Positions 1-9,313 of a stretch of DNA of 32,000 nucleotides are shown here, one piece after another. A program made the position numbers and the translations under genes. Every line of letters starts with the position of its first letter. Within the stretch, counting starts at the first letter, position 1. Source of the DNA: Pseudidiomarina andamanensis (lineage in GTDB: Bacteria > Pseudomonadota > Gammaproteobacteria > Enterobacterales > Alteromonadaceae); contig NZ_CP032551.1 of the NCBI RefSeq assembly GCF_009734345.1, positions 240,001 to 272,000 of the forward strand, given 5' to 3'. Below the pieces are notes generated by a model. It did no database searches. It saw only the letters and a program-made list of their open reading frames with translations, and was not told where the DNA came from.

Positions 1-816
1 CTACGTCAACGTAATGTTGTGGGTATTGCGGATATTGATACGCGTAAATTGACGCGCATTTTGCGTGAAAAGGGTGCGCAGAATGGCTGTATCATGGCTG
101 GAGAAATTGATGTGGAGCAGGCGCTTGAACTGGCGCAGAAATTCCCGGGCTTGAAAGGTTTAGACCTCGCCAAAGAAGTCACAATTCGAACGCCAGTTGA
201 ATGGACCAGCAAAAGCTGGAAACTCGGTCAGGGGTTTAGCGAACTGACGGAGCCGAAATTCCACGTGGTAGCCTACGACTACGGATGCAAACGCAATATT
301 CTTCGTCTCCTAGCCGATCGTGGCTGTAAAGTGACGATGGTGCCTGCGCAAACACCAGCAAAAGACGTACTTGCGATGAATCCAGATGGCGTATTTTTGT
401 CGAACGGCCCTGGTGACCCAGAGCCATGTGATTACGCGATTAAAGCAATTCAAGACATCATCGAAGCCCAAGTACCTATTTTCGGAATTTGCTTAGGTCA
501 TCAGCTGCTTGCTCTAGCAAGTGGCGCACAAACCGTAAAAATGAAGCTGGGCCACCACGGTGCAAACCATCCAGTGCAAGATTTAGCCAGTGGTCGCGTT
601 ATGATTACCAGCCAGAACCATGGTTTTGCGGTAGACGAAGCAACGTTACCGGAGAATCTTAAGGCAACCCATAAATCACTATTTGACGGTACCTTACAGG
701 GTATTGAGCGAACGGATGTGAAAGCGTTTAGTTTTCAAGGACACCCAGAAGCGAGCCCTGGCCCGAATGATGCGGCCCCGTTATTTGACCACTTTATTGA
801 ATTGATGAGCCAGTAA
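1..816 (+). CDS. carA: carbamoyl-phosphate synthase small (glutaminase) subunit, 5'-truncated at window edge
   Basis: Frame 1 is open from base 1. The translation (..[23 protein letters not shown].., [25 protein letters not shown]) is near-collinear with E. coli CarA as I recall it. It is followed 2 nt later by carB. Confidence 0.95.
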   Translation, partial: LRQRNVVGIADIDTRKLTRILREKGAQNGCIMAGEIDVEQALELAQKFPGLKGLDLAKEVTIRTPVEWTSKSWKLGQGFSELTEPKFHVVAYDYGCKRNILRLLADRGCKVTMVPAQTPAKDVLAMNPDGVFLSNGPGDPEPCDYAIKAIQDIIEAQVPIFGICLGHQLLALASGAQTVKMKLGHHGANHPVQDLASGRVMITSQNHGFAVDEATLPENLKATHKSLFDGTLQGIERTDVKAFSFQGHPEASPGPNDAAPLFDHFIELMSQ

Positions 817-818
817 CT

Positions 819-3800
819 ATGCCAAAACGTACCGACATTAAAAGCATTCTAATTCTTGGTGCTGGTCCGATTGTTATCGGCCAGGCCTGTGAGTTCGACT
901 ACTCTGGTGCTCAAGCCTGTAAAGCGCTACGTGAGGAAGGTTACCGGGTAATTTTGGTGAACTCGAACCCAGCAACCATCATGACCGATCCTGAAATGGC
1001 CGATGTGACATACATTGAGCCGATTCACTGGGAAGTTGTTGCGAAGATTATTGAAGTGGAACGCCCTGACGCTGTGTTACCAACTATGGGTGGTCAAACA
1101 GCATTAAACTGTGCGCTAGAGCTCGATAAGCATGGCGTATTGGCGAAATATGGCGTTGAAATGATTGGCGCTAATGCGGACGCCATCGACAAAGCGGAAG
1201 ATCGCGACCGCTTCGATAAGGCAATGAAAGCTATTGGGCTTGAAACACCGAACGCAAAGGTTGCTCACAATTTACAAGAAGCTTTTGAAATTCAAGAAGA
1301 GTTCGGCTTCCCACTAATTATTCGCCCAAGTTTCACCATGGGTGGAAGCGGCGGTGGTATCGCCTATAACCGTGAAGAGTTTGAAGAAATTTGTCGTCGC
1401 GGTTTAGATTTATCACCGACGAAAGAATTACTCATCGACCAATCATTAATTGGTTGGAAAGAATACGAAATGGAAGTGGTACGTGACCGTGCAGACAACT
1501 GCATTATCGTCTGTGCCATTGAAAACTTTGACGCTATGGGTATTCACACCGGTGACTCAATCACCGTAGCGCCATCACAAACATTAACCGACAAAGAGTA
1601 CCAGTTGATGCGTGACGCAGCGATGGCTGTATTGCGTGAAATTGGTGTTGAAACCGGTGGTTCAAACGTTCAGTTCGGTGTTTGTCCTGATACTGGTCGT
1701 ATGGTTGTGATTGAGATGAACCCACGGGTATCACGTTCATCTGCGTTAGCATCGAAAGCCACTGGCTTCCCAATTGCGAAAGTTGCAGCGAAATTGGCTG
1801 TTGGTTATACCCTTGATGAACTTGAAAACGAAATCACGGGTGGCGTAACTCCAGCTTCGTTTGAGCCTGCGTTAGATTACGTTGTGACTAAGATTCCTCG
1901 CTTTAACTTTGAAAAGTTTGCAGGTTGTAACGACCGTCTCACCACCCAAATGAAATCAGTGGGTGAGGTGATGGCTATTGGTCGTAACCAGCAAGAGTCA
2001 TTGCAAAAAGCGTTGCGTGGACTGGAGATAGGCGTATCTGGATTCGATCCGATGGTCGACATTAACGACCCAGAAGCACGCGGTAAAGTGATTCGTGAAC
2101 TGAAAGAGCCAGGTGCCGAGCGTATTTTCTATATTGCCGATGCATTCCGTTTAGGGATGACGGTTCATGAAGTATTTGAACTGACGCGCATTGATGAATG
2201 GTACCTCATTCAAATTGAAGAAATTGTGCTGCTTGAAGAAGAAGTACAAAAGCTCGGTATGGCGGGTCTGGATGCGCATGCGTTGCGTTTATTGAAACGC
2301 AAAGGTTTCGCTGACAAGCGTATTGCTGATTTGCTCGACGTGGCTGAAACTGAAGTGCGCCGTCGTCGTAACGAGTTAGGCATTCACCCCGTTTACAAGC
2401 GCGTCGATACCTGTGCCGCAGAATTTCGTTCAGACACAGCTTACATGTACTCAACGTACGATGAAGAGTGTGAGGCTGCGCCAAGCGACAAAGACAAAAT
2501 CATGGTCATCGGTGGTGGTCCAAACCGTATCGGCCAAGGTATTGAATTTGACTATTGCTGTGTACACGCAGCTCTAGCGTTACGTGAAGACGGTTACGAA
2601 ACAATTATGGTGAACTGTAACCCAGAAACCGTTTCAACCGACTACGATACCTCTGATCGCTTATACTTTGAACCAATCACGCTAGAAGACGTGTTGGAAA
2701 TTGTTCGCGTCGAAAAACCAAAGGGTGTGATTGTTCAGTATGGTGGCCAAACACCATTGAAATTAGCGCGTGAGCTTGAAGCGAACGGTGTTCCGGTTAT
2801 TGGTACCTCGCCAGATGCGATTGACCGCGCTGAAGACCGTGAGCGCTTCCAGGGTGCCGTGCGCCGTTTAGGTTTGAAACAACCAGAAAACGCGACTGTA
2901 ACCAAAGTGGATGAGGCCTTACGCGAAGCAGAACGTATTGGTTATCCATTGGTGGTTCGCCCGTCTTATGTACTGGGTGGCCGCGCAATGGAAATCGTTT
3001 ATGACGAGAGTGACTTGCTGCGTTATCTAACAGATGCCGTGAAAGTTTCGAACTCAGCACCAGTACTACTCGATCGCTTCTTAGATAACGCGATTGAAGT
3101 TGATGTTGACGCAATTTGTGACGGCAAAGATGTGTTGATTGGCGGTATCATGCAGCACATTGAGCAGGCGGGTGTTCACTCTGGTGACTCGGCATGTTCG
3201 TTGCCGCCGTACTCATTGAGTGACAAGATTCAAGACGAATTACGCGATCAGATGAGTAAGCTGGCCTTTGAACTTGGCGTTAACGGCCTGATGAATGCGC
3301 AGTTTGCGATTAAAGATGACGAAATTTATCTCATTGAGGTAAACCCACGAGCGGCTCGTACAGTGCCATTTGTATCTAAAGCGACTGGTTTGCCGTTGGC
3401 AAAAATTGCCGCGCGCGTGATGGTTGGTCAGTCGTTAGTTGAGCAAGGCTATACCGAAGAAGTCATTCCGCCTTATTACTCAGTGAAAGAAGTTGTTATT
3501 CCATTTGCTAAGTTCCAAGGTGTTGACCCAATTCGCGGCCCTGAGATGCGTTCTACCGGCGAGGTTATGGGCGTAGGTGAGAGCTTTGAAGAAGCCTATG
3601 CTAAAGCTAACCTCGGTGCCGGCGAAGCATTAGCAAAAGCAGGTAAAGCGTTATTGTCGGTACGTGACGGTGACAAAGCACGTCTATTCGATTTGGCGCG
3701 CGGACTGATTGGGTTGGGCTTTAGCCTCGAAGCGACTCGCGGTACGGCAAAACTGTTAAACGATGAAGGCATCGCGTGCTCTGTTGTGAACAAGCTACAA

Positions 3801-4043
3801 GAGGGCCGTCCGAATATTGTTGATGCAATCAAAAACGGCGAGTACAGTTACATAATCAATACAGTTGAAGGGCGTCAGGCAATTGAAGACTCAGTCTATA
3901 TTCGCCGTGAAGCGCTCTTGAATAAAGTAACCTATACCACAACATTAAATGCAGCGTTTGCCACAGTGAAAGCCAACACCGCCGATGACCGTGCGCGTGT
4001 GAATTCACTTCAATCATTGCACAAAAGGGTTTTAGAACGATGA
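819..4043 (+). CDS. carB: carbamoyl-phosphate synthase large subunit
   Basis: 1074-aa ORF. The N-terminus [34 protein letters not shown] and the duplicated ATP-grasp halves (second half [24 protein letters not shown]) are typical of CarB. Confidence 0.97.
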   Translation: MPKRTDIKSILILGAGPIVIGQACEFDYSGAQACKALREEGYRVILVNSNPATIMTDPEMADVTYIEPIHWEVVAKIIEVERPDAVLPTMGGQTALNCALELDKHGVLAKYGVEMIGANADAIDKAEDRDRFDKAMKAIGLETPNAKVAHNLQEAFEIQEEFGFPLIIRPSFTMGGSGGGIAYNREEFEEICRRGLDLSPTKELLIDQSLIGWKEYEMEVVRDRADNCIIVCAIENFDAMGIHTGDSITVAPSQTLTDKEYQLMRDAAMAVLREIGVETGGSNVQFGVCPDTGRMVVIEMNPRVSRSSALASKATGFPIAKVAAKLAVGYTLDELENEITGGVTPASFEPALDYVVTKIPRFNFEKFAGCNDRLTTQMKSVGEVMAIGRNQQESLQKALRGLEIGVSGFDPMVDINDPEARGKVIRELKEPGAERIFYIADAFRLGMTVHEVFELTRIDEWYLIQIEEIVLLEEEVQKLGMAGLDAHALRLLKRKGFADKRIADLLDVAETEVRRRRNELGIHPVYKRVDTCAAEFRSDTAYMYSTYDEECEAAPSDKDKIMVIGGGPNRIGQGIEFDYCCVHAALALREDGYETIMVNCNPETVSTDYDTSDRLYFEPITLEDVLEIVRVEKPKGVIVQYGGQTPLKLARELEANGVPVIGTSPDAIDRAEDRERFQGAVRRLGLKQPENATVTKVDEALREAERIGYPLVVRPSYVLGGRAMEIVYDESDLLRYLTDAVKVSNSAPVLLDRFLDNAIEVDVDAICDGKDVLIGGIMQHIEQAGVHSGDSACSLPPYSLSDKIQDELRDQMSKLAFELGVNGLMNAQFAIKDDEIYLIEVNPRAARTVPFVSKATGLPLAKIAARVMVGQSLVEQGYTEEVIPPYYSVKEVVIPFAKFQGVDPIRGPEMRSTGEVMGVGESFEEAYAKANLGAGEALAKAGKALLSVRDGDKARLFDLARGLIGLGFSLEATRGTAKLLNDEGIACSVVNKLQEGRPNIVDAIKNGEYSYIINTVEGRQAIEDSVYIRREALLNKVTYTTTLNAAFATVKANTADDRARVNSLQSLHKRVLER

Positions 4044-4516
4044 ATCAAATTCCAATGACCACCCGCGGCGCGGAGATGCTGCGGGAGGAATTGAAGCGAT
4101 TAAAAACTGAAGATCGACCGCGTATTATCCAAGCGATTGCAGATGCGCGTGAGCATGGTGATCTTAAAGAAAATGCTGAATACCATGCAGCGCGAGAGCA
4201 GCAAGGGTTTTGTGAAGGTCGTATTCAGGAGATTGAAGCGAAACTTTCTAATGCACAAATTATTGATGTGACCAAAGTACCAAATCAAGGCAAGGTGATT
4301 TTTGGCGCGACCGTGACTGTTTACAACACGGTTACTGATAAGGAGATGACTTATCGCATTGTCGGTGATGATGAGTCTGATATTAAGCAGAATCTTATTT
4401 CAATTAATTCACCAATTGCGCGAGCGCTCATTGGTAAAGAGATTGATGATGTCGCTCGCGTGAATACACCAAACGGTGAAGTTGAATACGAAGTCGTGAA
4501 GGTTGAATACATTTAG
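4040..4516 (+). CDS. greA: transcription elongation factor GreA
   Basis: 158 aa. [41 protein letters not shown] is almost identical to E. coli GreA. The ATG overlaps the carB TGA (ATGA, 4040-4043). Confidence 0.96.
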   Translation: MNQIPMTTRGAEMLREELKRLKTEDRPRIIQAIADAREHGDLKENAEYHAAREQQGFCEGRIQEIEAKLSNAQIIDVTKVPNQGKVIFGATVTVYNTVTDKEMTYRIVGDDESDIKQNLISINSPIARALIGKEIDDVARVNTPNGEVEYEVVKVEYI

Positions 4517-4538
4517 CGAGCGATACTAAGCTTTTCCG

Positions 4539-4808
4539 TCAGTCTTTTAACAGCGCGACTAGTTCGCGCTGTTTTTGTTTGCGCTGCTCGGCTGTCATCG
4601 GTTGGTGATGATAGGCATCGATATCTGGGAATACCTCATCAATTTCCATTCCTAAGGCCTTTGCGATCGCTAATGCAACTGGCTGTGAACGAGCTTTACG
4701 CGATGCCACTTTAGAGACCAGCGACGGACTCTTATCCAATGCTTCAGCGATCATTGAAAAATCAAAGCCGCGGCGCATTAATTCCTTTTTGATTTGTTTA
4801 CTGTCCAT
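4539..4808 (-). CDS. small Ner/Nlp(SfsB)-like HTH DNA-binding protein
   Basis: 89-aa ORF. IKKELMRRGFDFSMIAEALDKSPSLVSKV...PVALAIAKALGMEIDEVFP follows the Mu Ner / E. coli Nlp pattern (..IIAKALG....IWP). It is divergent from a CI-like gene. There is no obvious Shine-Dalgarno. No homology search was possible. Confidence 0.6.
   Translation of the reverse strand: MDSKQIKKELMRRGFDFSMIAEALDKSPSLVSKVASRKARSQPVALAIAKALGMEIDEVFPDIDAYHHQPMTAEQRKQKQRELVALLKD
4551..4580 (+). terminator. rho-independent terminator of greA, lying inside the 3' end of the antisense Ner-like ORF
   Basis: Perfect 8-bp stem CAGCGCGA (4551-4558) / TCGCGCTG (4564-4571) with a 5-nt loop, followed by TTTTTGTTT (4572-4580). It starts 35 nt after the greA stop. 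Confidence 0.8.
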
Positions 4809-4890
4809 CAGGTATAGTGCTTATCTGTTCAAGGTTAGTGAAATTGAAGCTCACAAAGAACTCTAAAAATAACTCAATTTAAGGTTAAAT

Positions 4891-4934
4891 CTGTCATTTG
4901 ACACCAAAATACGCTCAAAACATTCAAATGACAG
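4891..4934. promoter_or_regulatory. candidate operator: 11-bp perfect inverted repeat in the divergent promoter region
   Basis: CTGTCATTTGA (4891-4901) and TCAAATGACAG (4924-4934) are separated by 22 nt. A consensus -35 TTGACA (4898-4903) overlaps the left arm. AGGTTAAAT direct repeats abut both arms (4882-4890, 4933-4941). Confidence 0.5.
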
Positions 4935-4958
4935 GTTAAATGAAATAGACCACAGACT

Positions 4959-5441
4959 ATGGCTAAAAGCAACTTTGATTTGCCAGATATTGATACCTGC
5001 ATTGAACGATTAAAATTGGTATCAAAACAGACCTCGGCGAGCGCCGTTATGCGTTGGTTAGGGCTACCCGAAAGCACTTACAGTAACTGGAAGCGCCGAG
5101 GCTCCATCAATTATGATCGAGTTATAGAAGGTCTTTTGCGACAGAATGTGTCGTTGGATTGGTTATTTGCACCTAATGTCGACTTGCTTTACCCCGGTGT
5201 GAGTTTGACTGTCACAGAAAATGAAGGTGTGGCGTATTCGACGCCGTCGGTGGCAGACACATTAAAAGCGTTGGAATTTGTCGAACCAATCATGGAGCGG
5301 TTTCAAGTGCCAATGACAGAGCAAAACCGTCAGTTTATGGCGGAGACATTTTTTAAGCGGCGTGGTGATGCGATGTTACTAGAAACGGCGCTGCAACAAG
5401 TTGCATTAGCTCTCGCTACAGCGCAGACAGACAGTAAATAA
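4959..5441 (+). CDS. phage CI-type (P2/186-like 'Phage_CI_repr' HTH) repressor-like protein with no recognisable S24 autocleavage domain
   Basis: 160-aa ORF. The N-terminal segment IERLKLVSKQTSASAVMRWLGLPESTYSNWKRRGSINYDRVIEGLLRQNVSLDWLF matches my recollection of the CI-repressor HTH family pattern (..S.S..S.W.+RG.I.......L......SLDWL). The C-terminal half has no GDSM-like Ser/Lys dyad motif. Confidence 0.6.
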   Translation: MAKSNFDLPDIDTCIERLKLVSKQTSASAVMRWLGLPESTYSNWKRRGSINYDRVIEGLLRQNVSLDWLFAPNVDLLYPGVSLTVTENEGVAYSTPSVADTLKALEFVEPIMERFQVPMTEQNRQFMAETFFKRRGDAMLLETALQQVALALATAQTDSK

Positions 5442-5447
5442 TGGAAA

Positions 5448-5756
5448 CTAAGCGCGCGGCAGTTGAATTTTCGCAGCCGGGCTTGGTTTGTACATGGTTA
5501 AAATTTTCCCAACCACTTGTACTTTTGTCGCACCAGTGTGTGCGATAATGGTCGCGTAGATTTTCTCACGCATCTCACGGTCTTCATCAGGCACTTTCAC
5601 TTTAATTAATTCGTGATGCTCGAGCGCCAATTCAATCTCTGCCATCACGCCTTCGGTAAGGCCATTTGCGCCCAAAAGAACAACTGGTTTTAGTGAATGA
5701 GCTAATGATTTTAAGTGCTGTTTTTGTTTATTGCTTAAGGTTACGGCCGTTGCCAT
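5448..5756 (-). CDS. yhbY: ribosome assembly RNA-binding protein YhbY (CRM domain)
   Basis: 102 aa. LSNKQKQHLKSLAHSLKPVVLLGANGLTEGVMAEIELALEHHELIKVKV matches YhbY. It is divergent from rlmE, as in E. coli. Confidence 0.92.
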   Translation of the reverse strand: MATAVTLSNKQKQHLKSLAHSLKPVVLLGANGLTEGVMAEIELALEHHELIKVKVPDEDREMREKIYATIIAHTGATKVQVVGKILTMYKPSPAAKIQLPRA

Positions 5757-5777
5757 GTAATATATCCCATCGAATGA

Positions 5778-5806
5778 CTTGAATTTCCGCTATTCTACCG
5801 CCATCT
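5778..5806 (+). promoter_or_regulatory. candidate sigma32 (heat-shock) promoter for rlmE-ftsH
   Basis: CTTGAA (5778-5783) is followed, after a 14-15 nt spacer, by CCGCCATCT (5798-5806). This resembles the sigma32 consensus CTTGAAA-N13-15-CCCCATnT. It lies 32 nt upstream of the rlmE ATG. Confidence 0.45.
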
Positions 5807-5837
5807 GGGTAGAAGAAGCCAGTTTGGTAAGAGAAAC

Positions 5838-6464
5838 ATGACGAAAAAACGCTCCGCCAGCAGCAAACGCTGGCTCCAAGAACATTTTAGCGACCACTAT
5901 GTGCAAAAAGCACAGAAAAAGGGGTATCGCTCGCGTGCTGTATTTAAAATAGAAGAGATACAGCAGAAAGATCGCATATTAAAGCAAGGGCAGACTGTGG
6001 TCGATCTCGGTGCCGCTCCGGGCGGCTGGTCGCAGTTTGTTGTAGATTCACTGCATGGCAACTGCGAAGTTATTGCTTGCGATATTTTGCCGATGGATCC
6101 GATTGCAGGGGTCGACTTTCTGGAAGGTGATTTCCGCGACGAGGAAGTTTTAAACGCATTATTGAGCCGAATTGGTGGCAAAAACGTAGATGTAGTATTG
6201 TCAGATATGGCGCCGAACATGAGTGGTAACGACAATGTCGATTTACCACGTTCAATGTATCTTGTTGAATTGGCCCTAGATATGTGTCATCAGGTGCTGA
6301 AACCAAATGGCAGTTTTGTCGTCAAAGTATTCCATGGCGAAGGTTTTGAAGAGTTTTTGAAGAACGTCCGCGCTGCGTTTACGACTGTGAAGACGCGTAA
6401 ACCAGACTCATCGCGAGCCCGTTCACGAGAAGTGTATCTGGTAGCGACCGGTTACAAACTGTAG
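5838..6464 (+). CDS. rlmE: 23S rRNA (uridine2552-2'-O)-methyltransferase RlmE/FtsJ
   Basis: 208 aa. [42 protein letters not shown] and [19 protein letters not shown] are near-identical to E. coli RlmE. Confidence 0.96.
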   Translation: MTKKRSASSKRWLQEHFSDHYVQKAQKKGYRSRAVFKIEEIQQKDRILKQGQTVVDLGAAPGGWSQFVVDSLHGNCEVIACDILPMDPIAGVDFLEGDFRDEEVLNALLSRIGGKNVDVVLSDMAPNMSGNDNVDLPRSMYLVELALDMCHQVLKPNGSFVVKVFHGEGFEEFLKNVRAAFTTVKTRKPDSSRARSREVYLVATGYKL

Positions 6465-6509
6465 TACCCTGTAAGGCGTGCTACAAATGCAAACAAGAGG
6501 TAGTCAGCT

Positions 6510-8435
6510 TTGAGCGATATGGCAAAAAATCTCATTTTATGGCTGGTCATAGCCGTTGTTTTAATGACTGTTTTCAACAACTTCAGTCAAAGCGGTGCTA
6601 ATGGTCAACAAGTGGCTTATAGCCAATTCATCAATCAAGTACACAATGGTGGTGTACGGTCGGTTGATATCGACGGTCGTATGATCAAGGCTCAATCACG
6701 CAGTGGCGAACAATTTACCACCGTGGTGCCAACCCAGTACGATCCAAAGTTGCTCGATGACTTGTTAGAAAACAATGTTGAAGTAAACGGTAAGCTGCCA
6801 GAAGAGCCAAGCATTTTGGCGCAAATCTTTATTTCGTGGTTCCCAATGTTGCTGTTAATTGGTGTATGGATATTCTTCATGCGTCAAATGCAGGGCGGTG
6901 GTGGCCGTGGCGCGATGTCGTTTGGTAAGAGCAAAGCGCGCCTGATGAGCGAAGACCAAATTAAAACAACCTTTGCCGATGTTGCTGGTTGTGACGAAGC
7001 GAAAGAAGAGGTTAGCGAGCTAGTTGATTACCTAAAAGATCCAACCAAGTTCCAGCACCTTGGCGGTAAAATTCCGAAAGGTGTGTTGATGGTTGGTCCT
7101 CCGGGAACAGGTAAAACGTTGCTTGCTAAAGCAATCGCTGGTGAAGCGCGCGTCCCATTCTTCTCGATTTCAGGTTCTGACTTCGTTGAAATGTTCGTTG
7201 GTGTTGGTGCATCACGTGTGCGCGATATGTTTGAACAAGCAAAGAAAGCAGCGCCGTGTATTATTTTTATCGACGAAATTGACGCCGTTGGCCGTCAGCG
7301 TGGTGCGGGTTTAGGTGGTGGTCACGATGAGCGTGAGCAAACCTTGAACCAGATGCTTGTAGAGATGGATGGCTTTGAAGGCAATGAAGGCATTATCGTT
7401 ATTGCCGCAACCAACCGTCCGGACGTTCTTGACCCTGCGCTGTTGCGTCCTGGTCGTTTTGACCGCCAAGTTGTGGTTGGCTTGCCAGACGTTCGTGGTC
7501 GTGAGCAAATTCTGAAAGTGCACATGCGCAAAGTACCTTTAGGTAAAGATGTTGATGCGTCTGTTATTGCGCGTGGTACACCCGGCTTTTCTGGTGCTGA
7601 TTTGGCAAACTTGGTGAACGAAGCTGCGTTGTTTGCAGCACGTGGCAACAAGAAAATTGTTGCTATGGAAGAGTTCGAAAAAGCCAAAGACAAAATCATG
7701 ATGGGTGCAGAGCGTCGCTCTATGGTGATGACTGAAGATGAGAAAGCGATGACTGCTTATCATGAAGCAGGTCACGCCATTGTCGGTCGCTTGGTGCCAG
7801 AGCATGACCCGGTATACAAAGTGTCAATTATTCCGCGTGGACGTGCGCTCGGCGTGACGATGTATTTGCCGGAACAAGATCGCGTTAGCCACTCCAAGCA
7901 ACATCTGGAGAGTATGATCTCGAGCTTGTTCGGGGGCCGCATTGCCGAGGCATTAATATACGGCGATGAGAAAGTAACGACTGGCGCTTCTAATGACATT
8001 GAACGTGCAACCCAAATCGCTCGTAAGATGGTTACCCAGTGGGGTCTATCTGAGAAAATGGGGCCACTGCTTTATGCTGATGACGAGAACGAAGTGTTTT
8101 TAGGTCGTTCGGTCACTCAGCACAAACATATGTCTGATGAAACTGCGCGTGCGATTGACCAAGAAGTGAAATTGTTCATTGATCGCAACTACGATCGTGC
8201 AAAACGTATCTTGGAAGAGAACGTTGATATTCTGCACACGATGAAAGATGCGTTGATGAAATATGAAACCATTGATGCCGATCAGATTGACGATTTGATG
8301 AATCGTCGCGATGTTCGTGAGCCTCGTGACTGGCAGCAACGCGATAACAACAAATCGGGCGGCGATGATGGTAAGGCTGAAGGTAGCCAACCAGTGTCGA
8401 CAAGCAAACCAGCTGGTGACACGCCAGCAAGTTAA
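6510..8435 (+). CDS. ftsH: ATP-dependent zinc metalloprotease FtsH
   Basis: Walker [12 protein letters not shown] region, HEAGHA zinc motif, and very high similarity to E. coli FtsH. The TTG at 6510 has GAGG 9 nt upstream. The ATG at 6519 (MAKNLILW, the E. coli-like N-terminus) is an alternative start. Confidence 0.96.
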   Translation: MSDMAKNLILWLVIAVVLMTVFNNFSQSGANGQQVAYSQFINQVHNGGVRSVDIDGRMIKAQSRSGEQFTTVVPTQYDPKLLDDLLENNVEVNGKLPEEPSILAQIFISWFPMLLLIGVWIFFMRQMQGGGGRGAMSFGKSKARLMSEDQIKTTFADVAGCDEAKEEVSELVDYLKDPTKFQHLGGKIPKGVLMVGPPGTGKTLLAKAIAGEARVPFFSISGSDFVEMFVGVGASRVRDMFEQAKKAAPCIIFIDEIDAVGRQRGAGLGGGHDEREQTLNQMLVEMDGFEGNEGIIVIAATNRPDVLDPALLRPGRFDRQVVVGLPDVRGREQILKVHMRKVPLGKDVDASVIARGTPGFSGADLANLVNEAALFAARGNKKIVAMEEFEKAKDKIMMGAERRSMVMTEDEKAMTAYHEAGHAIVGRLVPEHDPVYKVSIIPRGRALGVTMYLPEQDRVSHSKQHLESMISSLFGGRIAEALIYGDEKVTTGASNDIERATQIARKMVTQWGLSEKMGPLLYADDENEVFLGRSVTQHKHMSDETARAIDQEVKLFIDRNYDRAKRILEENVDILHTMKDALMKYETIDADQIDDLMNRRDVREPRDWQQRDNNKSGGDDGKAEGSQPVSTSKPAGDTPAS

Positions 8436-8444
8436 TCAGTTTTG

Positions 8445-8473
8445 AAAAGCCCCGTAAAGCGGGGCTTTTTTTT
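8445..8473 (+). terminator. rho-independent terminator after ftsH
   Basis: AAAAGCCCCG (8445-8454) / CGGGGCTTTT (8460-8469) with a 5-nt loop and a T-run extending to 8473. Confidence 0.85.
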
Positions 8474-8494
8474 GAACAATAATAGGTATGACTG

Positions 8495-9313
8495 ATGGCT
8501 GATACACGCACACATGTAGAGGTAATGGGCATTTTAAATGCCACACCGGATTCGTTTTCAGATGGCGGTAAATTTAATCAAGTTGATCAAGCTCTAAGGC
8601 AAGCCGAACAAATGGTTCAAGATGGTGCTGCTTGGCTTGATGTCGGCGGTGAATCGACACGTCCTGGTAGTAAAGGTGTGAGTGTCGCCGAAGAGCTCGA
8701 TCGAGTGTTGCCGATTATCGAAAAGTTGCAAGCTAACTTTGATGTACCGATTTCGGTGGATACTTGTAAAACCGCAGTGATGGCAGAAGCATTGAAACTG
8801 AATATTGCCATGATTAACGACATCAATGCATTGCGCGACGAAGGTGCAGAGCAATTACTCGCGTCATCACCTGAGGTGAAAGTTTGTCTTATGCATATGC
8901 AGGGTGAGCCACGTACGATGCAACATGAACCGCGTTATGACGACGTAGTGAACGAGGTGAAGCAATTTTTAGATGCCCGGGTTAGAGCCTGTGTGAATGC
9001 GGGAATACAAAAAAACAACATTTATCTCGATCCAGGCTTTGGCTTTGGTAAATCAGTCAGGCATAATTACCAGCTGCTACAAAGACTACAGGCAATGCAT
9101 GATATGCAATTACCGCTATTGATTGGCATGTCACGCAAGTCGATGATTGGTCAGGTGACCGGGCGCGAGGTGAGTGAGCGCTTAGCAGGTAGCATTGCCG
9201 CGGCAACGATTGCCGCAATGAAAGGGGCACAGATTATTCGTGTGCATGATGTCAAGGAAACGGTTGATGCAATGAAGGTCGTTGCAGCAACCTTGGCTGG
9301 AGAATTCGCTTGA
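8495..9313 (+). CDS. folP: dihydropteroate synthase
   Basis: 272 aa. [43 protein letters not shown] and [16 protein letters not shown] match FolP. Confidence 0.95.
   Translation: MADTRTHVEVMGILNATPDSFSDGGKFNQVDQALRQAEQMVQDGAAWLDVGGESTRPGSKGVSVAEELDRVLPIIEKLQANFDVPISVDTCKTAVMAEALKLNIAMINDINALRDEGAEQLLASSPEVKVCLMHMQGEPRTMQHEPRYDDVVNEVKQFLDARVRACVNAGIQKNNIYLDPGFGFGKSVRHNYQLLQRLQAMHDMQLPLLIGMSRKSMIGQVTGREVSERLAGSIAAATIAAMKGAQIIRVHDVKETVDAMKVVAATLAGEFA

Noticed and set aside
4874-5077. 67-aa minus-strand ORF spanning the divergent promoter region and the 5' end of the CI-like gene
   Set aside because: It overlaps the better-supported CI-like ORF and the operator repeats, and shows no recognisable motif. 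It is most likely a chance ORF in AT-rich DNA.
5388-5424. Possible yhbY terminator (minus strand) embedded in the 3' end of the CI-like ORF
   Set aside because: There is only a 6-bp outer stem (GCGCTG/CAGCGC) around a 25-nt interior, with a poor U-tract (CGTTTCT). This is not convincing.
4517-5447. Calling the CI/Ner module a prophage or mobile element
   Set aside because: There is no integrase, transposase, terminal inverted repeat or phage structural gene. The only boundary evidence is a 7-bp direct repeat. It is reported as a finding, not annotated as a mobile_element.
7322-7699. 125-aa and other antisense ORFs within ftsH, carB, glmM, pnp and similar genes
   Set aside because: All lie opposite highly conserved genes. 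Their products are compositionally biased and lack start signals, so they are judged to be chance ORFs.
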